Shown in pieces: positions 50,930 through 63,556 of a stretch of 64,000 bases of DNA. The notes under the pieces are model-generated. The model had not been told where the DNA came from and made no database searches. It saw only the letters and a program-made list of their open reading frames with translations. Source of the DNA: Utricularia gibba (lineage: Eukaryota; Plantae; Magnoliophyta); the NCBI GenBank assembly GCA_002189035.1, contig CM007989.1:1054001-1118000 (forward strand), written 5' to 3'. Position 1 is the first letter of the stretch, and the number at the start of each line of letters is the position of its first letter. Made by a program: the position numbers and the translations under genes.

Positions 50930-52809
50930 ATGGAGATGACGCGGCCGCCGGTACACTTGCTGGCGCCTTTCGTCTTCGCGGCCCTCTTCGTCGGCGTGTT
51001 GATTGCCACGCGGGCTTTTTGTTCGACGCACCGGTGAGTGCTTTTTCTTTTTGTGTGAGAGGGTAGTCCATCGAACTCTGGAAATTTATTCAAACCACCG
51101 ATGCTGCGTTTCATCGCCGCAGATAGTTTCATCGTTCGAAGGAAGGGAGAATCAGATGATTGTCGATTCCCCCTTGAGATGTTCACACAACAGGTCCTCG
51201 GGTGTTTTCCCGGAGAACAACTATCCATCGGAAAAAGCTTTCTACCGGGAAAGTAAGAGTTCTCCTACTTGCCCGGATTACTTCCGGTGGATATACGAGG
51301 ATTTATGGCCGTGGAGGAAGACCGGAATATCAAGAGAAATGTTAGCGGAGGCGTCGACGAAGGCGCATTTCCGCCTTACCATTGTCGCCGGAAAAGTATA
51401 CCTTACAACCTATAGAAAAGCCTTCCAAACTAGAGACGATTTTACCGTATGGGGGATTCTTCAGCTGTTGAGGAGGTACCCTGGGGAACTCCCTGATTTG
51501 GACTTAGTCTTCGATTGCGGGGATCGGCCGGTGATCAAGAAAGAGAAGGCGGCGCTCCCCTCCGCCGTTGTTCAGATACTGCGGCAATGAGGCCACGGTC
51601 AACATCGTGTTTCCTGATTGGTCCTTTTGGGGTTGGTAAGTTCAATGAAGCTTCGATCCAATTCTGCCTTGTGACTATATAAACTTCCGGATCACAATGG
51701 TAGGCCGGAATTGAACATAAAGCCGTGGAAGACGTTGGCCGACGAGTTCAGGGAAGGGAACGAACGAAGACGGTGCCGGAGAGGGAGGCGCATGCGTACT
51801 GGAAGGGTAATCCGTCCACCGGAGGTCCCTCTTCTAGAGCTGACTTGATGAAATGTAATGTCACTCTAGATCATGATTGGGGAGCTCGCCTTTACGCTCA
51901 GGTACTCTCTACCAATAACTTGCGTATTAGGGTTTCGTTCACGGAATTGAACTTATGGGCGATAGAAACATGCAGAATTGGAGGAAGGAAAAGGAAGGTG
52001 GATTCAAAGGATCAAACGTGGCAAACCAATGCATCTACAAGTAAGGAAGAAACTTCAAGTACTGAGTGAGCTTCTTGCATGGTTTCTTCCTCATTTCCCA
52101 ATCGGAATTCTCCATTTGAATCTGCAGATACATGATCTACATCGAAGGAAACGCATGGTCTGCAAGCGACAAGTACATCCTGGCTTGCGACTCACTTACT
52201 CTGTTCGTAAAATCTCAGTACTTCGACTTCTTCTCCAGAAGTCTCATACCCTTGAAGCACTACTGGCCAGTGGACAGCCATGAAAAATGCAGATCCATCA
52301 AGTTTGCAGTTGAATGGGGAAACGCTCATCCAGAACAGGTTGCTGACTACTTCTACGTCTGCTCATCAAGGCTCCATTTCGAATTTTCATGTAGTCTGTA
52401 TCTGGAACTCAGCAACCACCTCGTTTCTACTTCACTGTGTCAGGCTCAAGTGATAGGGAAGGCGGGGAGCGCCTTCGTGCTCGATGTGCTGACGATGGAT
52501 TACGTCTACGACTACATGCTGCACTCGTTGAAGGAGTACGCTAAGCTCCTGAAGCACAAGATCGAGGCACCTGAGGGAGCCGTGGAGATCTCCTCGGAGT
52601 CCTTTGCCTGCTCATCGCAAGGATTGGTGAAGAAGTTCCTAGACGATACCCTGGTTAAGCATCCGCATCCATCGGCGCCGTGCAGGATGCCGCCGCCGCA
52701 TACCCCGTCGTCTTTCCACTCGATAATCGAGTCCAAAGAAGACGGGGAGAAACGAGTGCGGAGTTGGGAGGAAGAATATTGGAAGACTCATGGGAGGGTG
52801 GCGAAGTAG
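50930..52809 (+). CDS. GT90/CAP10 (DUF821, Rumi-like) glycosyltransferase, copy 1
   Basis: Type II TM N-terminus, CPDYFRWIYEDLWPW, LPDLDLVFDCGDRP, FPDWSFWGW, YIEGNAWSASDKYILAC; 6 exons. Frameshifts near 51557-51560 and at 51775. Confidence 0.87.
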
Positions 52810-54602
52810 AAACACACAATTTCTCAGCAAGCAACAAAGGTATTTTGGTTCTTAGGGGTTCTAGAAACTTCCTTAACTCTTCTTCGAAGGTATTGTAAGT
52901 AGAAATAGCATACCGTCAATGTTTAGCTTGAATAAATCAACCTCACCTTGAAAAACGAAAATCAAATACTTTTATTTTATGTCCATAACGTTTATTAATA
53001 AATAGTTTTAGAGATTTAATATTACATTTATGATGAATATTAAATACATCTATATATGTACTTAATTGATCCTGATCATAAAATAAAATACCATTTTTTA
53101 TTATTTTAAAAAGTTTATTCTCATTATTTATTAAGAGTATTTTAGTAATATTATATATAAATCTAATTATAAAACTTTTTAAAAAATTATCATTTACTAA
53201 AAATATTAAATACTTATTTTTATGCAAATTAATCACAGTCTTATTTAATACCAAATTAAAATCTATTACCAAACGAACTTTATTTATCTTGGTTGGGTTG
53301 TCTATATGTCGACTCATTTATTTAATAAACTCAAAGTTTTAACTGCAAACGTCCCAACTATCAAATCCTTATGTTTAACATAGTTTCTACTATCATGTTT
53401 TAAATTTTATTGAATCATGCCCACCTTTTGAGTCATTTTATATGTTTTTTAATATAGTAATTCAACAATAAAGGATTCCAAGGCAATAAATCGAAGGGGT
53501 GATTTAAAAAGTTACCAAATTCAATTTCTCTCTTATATACTAAAGCAATAAAGCAATATTAAATTTAGTTATTTTTATCACATGTGACATATTTTCTAAA
53601 TCTGCATAGGTGAAATTGTAGAAAGAAACGTGACGGAATCCTAAAAGTCAACGAGGTGGACCTTTCATGAAGTCAACGGAGAGGATATTAAGTGGGGCGC
53701 ATCAATGCCTTCAACCTATTGCAGCATTGCTATTCCTATGATTCTTCAATTCAAGACTCCATGGCTTTGTTAACTAGACAGGCTTTCGGCGGCAACATCA
53801 GCTATTAAACCAGCGTCACATTAATATAATAATTTAATTAGTGATCTATTTAAATTATTTATTTTACTTGTATTTCAACGAATAAGTATTGTATAGTTAC
53901 AAATAAAAATATATTTAGTAACTAAACATATGTGTTAATAAATATGCTTTTTTGCCATTCATTTAGAAACAAGAATTATTTCAAATTGAGTGTTAATAAA
54001 TATTTGGAAGACTACAGAATCAATTTTATTCTATATTTCAAATGTATATCAAAATTAGGTATTTTTCTATATCAAATTCGATCATATGCGAATTAGTTTT
54101 TGAAAATCACCTCAACTATATGAAAAGTGTGTAATGATAGTTTTTTTTTTTTTTATGAAAATGATTTTTGAAAAATAATTTTAAAATTGAAATATAACAA
54201 CAAATATTTTTGTATGTAAATTATTATAATTAATACCACATTAAATAAATTAAAGAATTAGATTTTTCAACTTCTTAAAATTAAGAATCGCTTCTAAATT
54301 TTAAAATTTTTGAAATAAAAATTACTCATCTTTTTTGTAACAAAACTGCTGTATAAAATAGATTACATAGTGGGTGTATCTAAATGTGTGTACCTTGGAT
54401 CCTTTTAATAAACAATTAATATTTAATAGTATCAGTAATAACTGTCCTTTGGTTGCAACATGCCCACGGGCACGTCAACGCAACGGGAAAATCAACTTGT
54501 AAGATTATTTACTGGTCAATTATATCAACGTTTGTGAAGCTTTCATCACTTGGACAGGGATTACATGGCTTGGATTCTCGACGCCGCACGATTATTACGG
54601 TG

Positions 54603-56461
54603 ATGGCGAAGCGTTTCATCTGGTTGACGCGGCTGCCGTCGCGTCATCTCGCCGGCGTGGCGTCTGGGGTCTTCTTCTTCGGCGCGCTGTTCGCCACCAA
54701 CTACCTTAACTTCAATGGCGCCGTAAGCATTCGAATTGTGCTATTAGTTTTGTAATGGTCTGATGATGAAATACACGTAATATGGTGCTTGAGGTTCAGG
54801 CTGCGAGGTTCAATGAAGCAAGCCAGCAGAATATTACTACCAGCTTGGACTTCGGATTGCAGTGCTCTGAAGTGAATTCTGTCAGAACCTGCCCTGAAAG
54901 CTACTACCCGACGAAAAAGGTTACGTACCCGGAAAACGGGTCGGCTATTTGCCCGGATTACTTCCGGTGGATATACGAGGACTTGTCGCCATGGAGGCAG
55001 ACCGGGATCTCGAGAGAAATGGTGGAGCGAGGGGCGGCGAAGGCCCATTTCCGGCTAGTGATCGTCGCTGGGAAGGCGTATGTTCGGTCGTACAGGAATG
55101 CGTACCAAACGAGAATCCCGTTTACTCTGTGGGGATTCCTTCAGTTGCTGAGGAGGTATCCCGGAGAAATCCCTGATCTGGAGTTGGTTTTCGAATGCGA
55201 TGACTGGCCCGTCATTCAAAAAACAAACGACGCAGCGCCCCTCCGGTGTTCAGATACTGCGGCGACGGTTCCTCGGTGAATATTGTGTTCCCGGATTGGT
55301 CCTTTTGGGGGTGGTGAGTGTTTCTTGATAACAGTAATTCACGTGAAGACAGTAAAAATGAACCTGAGTTCTGTCAGGCCGGAAGTGAATATAAAGCCTT
55401 GGGAGGCGGCGGTGAGCGAGCTGAAGGACGCAAATAATCAGAGCCGGTGGTCGGAGAGGGAGCCCTACGCCTACTGGAAGGGAGCCCCGTGGACCGGAGT
55501 CCCGACGAGTAGAGCCGATCTGATGAAATGCAATGTCACCCCTGAGCACGACTGGGGTGCTCGTCTCTACGCTCAGGTACCCACGCTTCACTCCACAAGG
55601 GCATATATCATAGCAGCAAACCATGTGTTCTGTACACAACCTTCTTGGCTGCAGGTGTGGAAAAGTGAAGTTGCGCAAGGATTCAAGCAGTCCAACTTGA
55701 GCAGGCAATGCACCCACAGGTGGAGGAGAAGGAGGTTCATCATTCTTCATCTGGCTCCAATCTTCTACATGGTAACTGTTGTGCTGTTTTGATTCCGCAG
55801 ATACAAGATCTACATTGAAGGGAATACCTGGTCTGTCAGCAACAAGTACATTCTCGCCTGCGACTCTCCCACCTTGTACATAAAATCACGGTATTTCGAC
55901 TTCTTTAGTCGAAGTCTGAAGCCCCTCAAACACTTCTGGCCAGTGGACTACGATGACAAATGCAAGTCCATCAAGTTTGCAGTAGAATGGGGCAACAACC
56001 ACCCACAGGAGGTACGAAAATCCACACCACATTGACATGAAGTCATCATTCTCCCTGGCTCCATCATTCTGCTCCGTTGATCAGGCGCAGGTGATCGGGA
56101 AAGCCGGGAGTAACTTCATATTCGAGAAGCTCAAGATGGATCATGTTTACGACTACATGCTGCATTCCTTGAAGGAGTACGCTAAGCTTTTGAGCTTCAA
56201 GCCCGAGGTGCCTAAAGAGGCCGTGGAGATCTGTTCCGAGTCCATTGCCTGTCCGGCGCAGGGGCTGATGAGGCAGTTCTTGGACGACTCGCTCGTCAGG
56301 CATCCGCATTCCTCCAGCCCCTGCGCCATGCCCCTCCTCACAGCCCTTCGTCTCTCCGCTCCTTTCTCAAGTCGCAAGAACATGGCGAGACGCAGGTCCA
56401 GCGGTGGAAGGAAGAATACTGGAAGGGTCAAGGCACACCAGAAGAAAAGAAGGAAAGCTGA
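54603..56461 (+). CDS. GT90/CAP10 (DUF821) glycosyltransferase, copy 2
   Basis: Same 6-exon structure, with FECDDWP and YIEGNTWSVSNKYILAC. Single-C losses at 55238-55241 and 56331-56334. Confidence 0.87.
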
Positions 56462-58622
56462 ACACAGACTCAGGATCCAACATTGCTTTGTTTTCGAAAC
56501 CTCATATACATTGAATCCACTCCAACTTTTCGTTGTTGGAATCATAGAGCTGTTTCAATCCACATAAGCTCATTGTAGCCCAATTTTTCTTATCAAGATG
56601 CACTATTTGATCCTTGTTTATATTGCATTAGTACACTAAATCCTCTGATTGCCCATACAAATATCATCCAATGCGAGCAAATGGTACTCTTCCAGTTTAC
56701 GCTATTTATTAAAATAAATAATCTCATATAAAAAATTTAAATTGGCATACAATCCATTGAATATTTAATTTCAACATTATCATGTTATGCACATGGAGCA
56801 TACTAAATTGACGAATGAATTAAAAATTTGGTCATGTATGATGTATCATATATTGCGTTAACACAATGGATACTTAAAGTGTGTGAGAGAGAATGTGATA
56901 GTGATTATTTTTCTAAACATCCCTAAATTGGCACGCTTTGTACGGTATCAGCTGCATGATCTAGTTTTAATGACCATGAGGAAAGGGGCTGTCATTCCAA
57001 TTGGAAATAAAACATTCCAATTACTTCCGGTCCGGCTTTAGGCCCATATTGCGGATCCAACCTGCATCAATTGTATCAAGGAATAATAAAAATTGTTCCA
57101 TTAATCACATATTTAAATTAGTTTTTTTTTATGATCATTTATATTTAAATTATTTATTTTTACATAAATATATATCATATGATTATAAATAAAAATATTG
57201 TTGATAAGTAGTTTTTACGAATATATATATCATACAAGTTGGTATATGGGCTAAGAACAGATGTAAAAAGAAAATGAAAATATATTAATTAAAAAAACTT
57301 CAAGACAAAGAAATTTTTGATAAACATGTGTGAAGGGGTTATATAAGGGTTTCATAATACTAAAGCACGCTTATAGAACAAATGGAGTTATCTAAAAAAA
57401 ATGTTTATGATTAAATAATTTATTTTTTGACCAAAATAATTATTGTATTTAATGAATGTGATGCCATATTTGGGATCGGTTTGAACATTACAATTTTGGG
57501 TTGATTTAATATTTACAAACTGTGAAAGTGCGGTTTTGAAATCGTGATTTATATTATATATAATAGAATTAGTTTTAAAAACATGTGAATATAGTCAATT
57601 TGATATTGTAAAATTACTTTGTAAAATAAAATAAAATTATATTATAAAATTTAATAAAATAAAAATATGTATTATAAAGTTTAATATATTTAAATTAATA
57701 TATAATTTAATATTATATTCATATATTTTAAAATAGATAAAAAAAATAGTATAATTTTTATAATTAGTTTTTTATTTAATATCTAAAACAAAAATTTAAG
57801 AAATTTAATAATTTATGAAGTTAATCACAAAATGTAGATTTTTAATTTTACTGTAAAACGATTAAAAATTAAAAATATCACTTGAAACAATTAATAAAAT
57901 AAAACAGTTGCATAGATTCAACCCCTCACGCCATTCAACACTTTTTTTTTCTTTTAAAAAATATATTTAAAAAGCGTACCGTTGAATAAGACTAAATTTT
58001 TAGAAAAATAAAAATACAAAATAGTGGTAGGAATCCAAAGGCTATTGATTCTTTCTTGAACATTTTTCTTAATAGTTTTATGTTAAGTAAACTAAATTAA
58101 ACATTATCTTCGAGTTTGAGTGATTATGAAAACTATGATCTATGAAAAATGAACAAAATTTATTAAAATAATTAGTTTTTAGTAAGTTTGTGTTGTATTT
58201 TTTTAATTTTGTAATAAAATTTGTTTTGTCTGGTTCCATTCGAGCTGTAGAATTCCTCTTAAGAATCGGAACCCGGAACTAGAATAGACTTCCAATTATG
58301 ATTTATGAATGATTAATTTCATAAAACGGACCCCCCTTTGTAAGGCATCCCAACCCTATGCAATGGAATGGAGTGAAACAGACTAAAATAGGTAGTCAAT
58401 TTTTTCACACAATTTATTAATAATTACCAAATTTATTTGAGTCATTATGAGAAATTTATATAATAAATGTGGTGACATGTCCCCTCGGGCACGTCAACTG
58501 CAAAATCAATTTGAAAAACAAGTTGCAAGTTTTTTCTTTTGTAGTCAAATGTTTGTGTAGCTTCCACATTTGAACAGGGACTACATGGCTTAGATTCTCC
58601 ACGGCGCACGATTATTACAGTC

Positions 58623-60480
58623 ATGGAGATACCTTTCATCTGGTTGACGCGGCTGCCGCCGTGTCGTCTCGCCGGCGTGGCATCTGGGGTCTTCTTCTTC
58701 GGAGCCTTGTTTGCCACCAACTACCTTGACTTCAATGGCGTCGTAAGCATTCATATTGTGCTACTAGTTTTTTAACTGTCTGATGAAGAAATACACGTAA
58801 TTTGGTGCTTGAGGTTCAGGCTACGAGCTTCAGTGAAGCAAGCCAGAAGAATATTACTGCTATCCTGGAGTTCGGGTTGCAGTGCTCTGAAGTGAATTCT
58901 ACTAGAACCTGCGCTGAAAGATACTACCCGACGGAGAAAGTTCGCTACCCGGAAAATGGGTCGGCGATTTGCCCGGATTACTTCCGGTGGATATACGAGG
59001 ACTTGTCGCCATGGAGGCAGACAGGGATCTCGAGAGAAATGGTGGAGCAAGCGGCGGAGAAGGGCGATTTCCGGCTTGTGATCGTTGCTGGGAAGGCGTA
59101 TGTTCAGAAGTATAGGAATGGGTTCCAAACGAGAATCCCGTTTACTCTGTGGGGATTCCTTCAGTTGCTGAGGAGGTATCCCGGAGAAATCCCTGATCTG
59201 GAGTTGGTTTTCGAATGCGGTGACTGGCCCGTCATTCCGAAAACAAACGACGCCGCGGCGCCACCTCCGGTGTTCAGATACTGCGGCGACGGTTCCTCGG
59301 CGAATATCGTGTTCCCCGATTGGTCCTTTTGGGGTGGTGAGTGTCTCTCGATAACAATAATTCACCTAAAGATAGTAACAATGGACCTGAGTTCTGCCAG
59401 GCCGGAAGTGAACATAAAGCCTTGGAGGCGGCGGTGAGCGAGATAAAGGACGCAAACAAACAGAGCCGGTGGTCGGAGAGGGAGCCCTACGCCTACTGGA
59501 AGGGAGCGTGGACCGGAGCTCCGACGAGTAGAGCCGATCTGAGGAAATGCAACGTCACCCCTGAGCACGACTGGGGTGCCCGTCTCTACGCTCAGGTACC
59601 CAACCTTCACTCCACAAGGGTATCTTCACAGCAGCAAACCATGTGTTCTATACACACCCTCCTTGGCTGCAGGTATGGGAAAGCGAAGTTGCACAAGGAT
59701 TCAAACAGTCCAACTTGGCAAGGCAATGCACCCACAGGTGGAGGAGAAGGAGGTTCCTCATTCTTCATCTGGCTCCAATCTTCTACATGGTAATCCTTGT
59801 GCTGTTTTGATTCCGCAGATACAAGCTCTACATTGAAGGGAATACCTGGTCCGTCAGCAGCAAGTACATTCTCGCCTGCGACTCGCCCACCCTGTACATA
59901 AAATCGCGGTATTTCGACTTCTTTACTCGAAGTCTGAAGCCCCTGAAGCATTTCTGGCCAGTGGACTACGATGACAAATGCAAGTCCATCAAGTTTGCCG
60001 TTGAGTGGGGCAACAGCCATCCACAGGAGGTACGGAAAACCACACATATGGAATCTGAAGTGGACTTTCTTTGTGGTTCCATCATTCTGCTCCGTTGATC
60101 AGGCGCAGGTGATCGGGAAAACCGGGAGTAACTTCATATTCGAGGAGCTCAAGATGGATCATGTTTACGACTACATGCTGCATTCCTTGAAGGAGTACGC
60201 TAAGCTTTTGAGCTTCAAGCCGGAGGTGCCCAAGGAGGCCGTGGAGATCTGTTCCGAGTCCATTGCCTGTCCGGCGCAGGGGCTGATGAGGCAGTTCTTG
60301 GAAGACTCGCTCGTCAGGCATCCGCATTCCTCCAGCCCCTGCGCCATGCCCCCTCCTCACAGCCCTTCGTCTCTCCGCTCCTTTCTCAAGTCGCAAGAAC
60401 ATGGCGAGACGCAGGTCAAGCGGTGGAAGGAAGAATACTGGAAGGGTCAAGGCACACCAAAAGAAAAGAAGGAAAGCTGA
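58623..60480 (+). CDS. GT90/CAP10 (DUF821) glycosyltransferase, copy 3 (recent duplicate of copy 2)
   Basis: Near-identical to copy 2 in exons, introns, promoter and 3' flank, with FECGDWP and YIEGNTWSVSSKYILAC. Single-G losses at 59331-59334 and 59424-59425, plus a 3-C in-frame loss near 59506. Confidence 0.87.
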
Positions 60481-60800
60481 ACACAGACACAGGATCCAAC
60501 ATTGCTTTGTTTTCGAAACCTCATATACATGGAATCATCTGATATGGAAACTGGTTCAACCGAATCAAATGTCAACTACATCAACTCCAAGTTTTCGTTT
60601 TTCAAATAATAGAGATGTTTCAGTCTACATAATCTGTAACAGACTAAATTGGCATACTTCATACAGAAGCAGCTTCATGATGTAGTTTTAATGGCGATGA
60701 GGAAAGGGATTGTTATTTCGTTCAAAAATAAAACATTTATTATTGTTTTTTTTAACTTTAAATGCAATGTTGATGTGTATGTGATTACCTGTGATATTTG

Positions 60801-63556
60801 TCATAGCAGGTTATGACAAGTTGTATCACAAGGATATGCACAGTCAATTTCCCTGCTGACTCTTCTTCCGAAGTACCAATCTCCAACAGCTTCTGCTATG
60901 GTCTGCATGTTTGTCCAACATTATGGTTTTTTCTTATTCCTTTTACTTCATAGCCAAATAAGCAACAAGCAAAAGGAGTGCAAGCTTCTTGAAGAAATTT
61001 ACTTGTTCACGAACCTTGTTTCGAATTTTCGAAGAATTGGGTCCATACCAAGTTTCTTGAGATTCGGTTTGGCAATGGGCGAAACAAGAGTTAATGAACA
61101 AGCCTCCTCCTGCTGAGTGGAGGAAGGGCGTCAAAGTTCCCAGCATGTAGTTTCTAAATCCTGGTGGAAGTGAGGAATCATAATGATGTTTAGTTGTGAA
61201 TGAAAGGAAAGCAAATGAATTTCAGGACTGCTAAAGAACCTTGCAGAGTATTGATCTGAACTGGGTTACAAGCTTCAGGATTCAGTTTGCAGTGATACCA
61301 GTGGCCGTTAGGATCAGCGGACGGGGAACCAGTGAATGGTGAAACTAGCGTTCAGAGAGAACCACAGATCAGCTAGTTGAAATACAAATGATGCATATTT
61401 TGGGTACAACAACAGCACTTTCTTACTTGGAATGTATCGTAGGCTGTGTTGAGGATGAAAAGGGTGTTTTGATGTACGGTAATAGATATTGTGGGAAGAA
61501 GCACTGCAATGTAAAAGACCAATCAGAAATCAAGATATGGTTTTATTGGCCGAGACCAAGAGTTAAGATAATGCCTACTTGTTGGAGATACCGCTGTGTG
61601 CCTGTGCAGTTGCTGTGAAGGTTTTTTTCTACACCCTGTGAAGAAATTGTGCAGCTGATTCATCTTGAAATACCAATTCTTTCATAGAAAAAAAAAAAAA
61701 AAGATGTCATACCTGCAATGAAACTACACCCTGGAAAAAGTTCCGCATTGTATAGTTTTGAGCTATGTCTTTTCTGCCAGAAACGCAAAAATAAAAGAAT
61801 AGCGAACGTTAGTAATCAACTGCAGATGCTTTCGTCTGGAAGAACTTACGCATCAAGAAAAAATCCAGCATCACTCAGACACTTGACAGCAGCATTCTTT
61901 GGCAAGTACTCAGTGAAACTGTCACAATGAAGGAAAGTAGCCAGTCCCCCAGCCGAGCATCCAGATAGCAAAGCCTGTGATAAAAGAATGACAATATTTT
62001 GATTATGCACAAGAGGATAATATAATTCGATACTAGAGTATCAAACATAATGCAGAGACATTGCCTTCTCAGCTTGGGCCAAGCCTTTAGGCAGAAGATC
62101 ACTAATAATGGCTTGCCAAATCCTCTGTCCTCTGAAATATAGCAAGGTTTCCTGCGATTCATCTCGAAATAGAGCATTTGGAGTCAAGCTTAAGCAACAC
62201 GAACTAGAAAAGAGGGCAACTATATAAAACTGGAAAACAATACCAAGCACAAGAGGAATGATGGAATACTTACTTCATCTTGATATACAGCGTCCCAGCA
62301 AAGGAGGCCCCATCACAGTATCTTATCTTCACCCTGTTCCAATTGTAAAAATCTGTACACAACAAGAATTTTCATAATTCAATTCAACTGTTCCAGTAGA
62401 TGCTTTTCTTTTTGTGGTGCAATATGAAAATGTGATGGACCTTCTAAAAGTAAATTTGAGGAATAGTAATCCCCACTAAAAGTAGCATGGACCAACTTCA
62501 GACAAATAAGGGAACTATGATAGAACGATAAAGAAGCAAAAGGACAGCCCACTTTGTCTATCACCACATATTTAATCTGCACAACCCACGTGAACCAGGA
62601 CCACGTGGGCTCAGGTATTAAGTAATGGGCACACACTTTCGTAGGAAAATGTCAAATATGAGCAACCAACCCAATCAATTCAGCCTCAACAACATTTTTT
62701 AACAAGTAATTTTTTAACACGCACGCTACAAATCATCTCCTGCAAATTGACACGCATCACAAGACTGCAACACAATGATATGATAAAAAAAACATTTTTT
62801 AACCATTTTCCGTATTTTAAGAAAAATAGTATTTTATATTGTGTTAATTTATTCATGTATGAAGGAAGATACAGAGAATTGTAAAAAATACCAGGATTCA
62901 AGGACGCATCGCTGCTTAATATTCCGGAGAAATACTCAAATACACCCATGTAACGGGTGGACCCCCGCCGGGTCGGGGCCCTCTCCCGACACGCCTGGAC
63001 ACTCTCGCACCATCCTCCACCCTAACAAATTATCCTTTATTAAAATTTATCAAAATAGTTCATCAAATCTAACTAGAAAAAATCATTTATTAATCCTGAT
63101 TAATTACAAATGATTTAGGAAGATTTAAATCAATGCAACTGATGTAAGGGGGTACTCTTGATTAATATAAAAAAATTATAGTCAAGTCATAATGTCAATA
63201 TCCTGAAATCCTCAACTTACCCCTAAGAAAACCTGGAAATTACCTCGAACTGTAAAAGCCAGTTGCTGGCCCCTGCGCCGAATCCTCTGTCGAAGTGATA
63301 CGCGGGCGGACTCCCGTCCAAGCAATCTGACACGGCAAAATTAGTATTTTTTTACGAAAAAAGAAAAGGCAAAAAATAAAAAAGAAATTTGAGGTCGGCA
63401 TTAATGGCGGAAAGACTCACATGCTCCGCTAATTGAAGCGCTGCGAACGAGTGTCATCCTAACTAGACTCCGATCCTGCTGCTGCGAGCACGCGCGCGGC
63501 GTGAACGCCATAACTATCGCCACCGCCACAGCGACGGCGGCGCTAAATCCTCCCAT
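60801..63556 (-). CDS. PAE9: Pectin acetylesterase, PAE9-like, ~12 exons
   Basis: Signal peptide, then [50 protein letters not shown], nucleophile motif GCSAG, NTAYD, CFAHCQ; ends [13 protein letters not shown]. One-base losses at 62294-62296, 61458-61464 and 61323-61326. One GC-AG intron. Confidence 0.9.

Noticed and set aside
52943-53317. 124 aa ORF rich in Ile, Lys, Asn and Phe
   Set aside because: A by-product of very AT-rich sequence, with no motif or splice context.
53528-53780. Helitron 5' end (TCTCTTATATACTAAAGC)
   Set aside because: No 3' hairpin plus CTRR terminus could be found.
62700-62770. Peptide [11 protein letters not shown] resembling the [13 protein letters not shown] exon
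   Set aside because: It lies in an intron and is followed by a stop. The real exon is at about 62277-62353.
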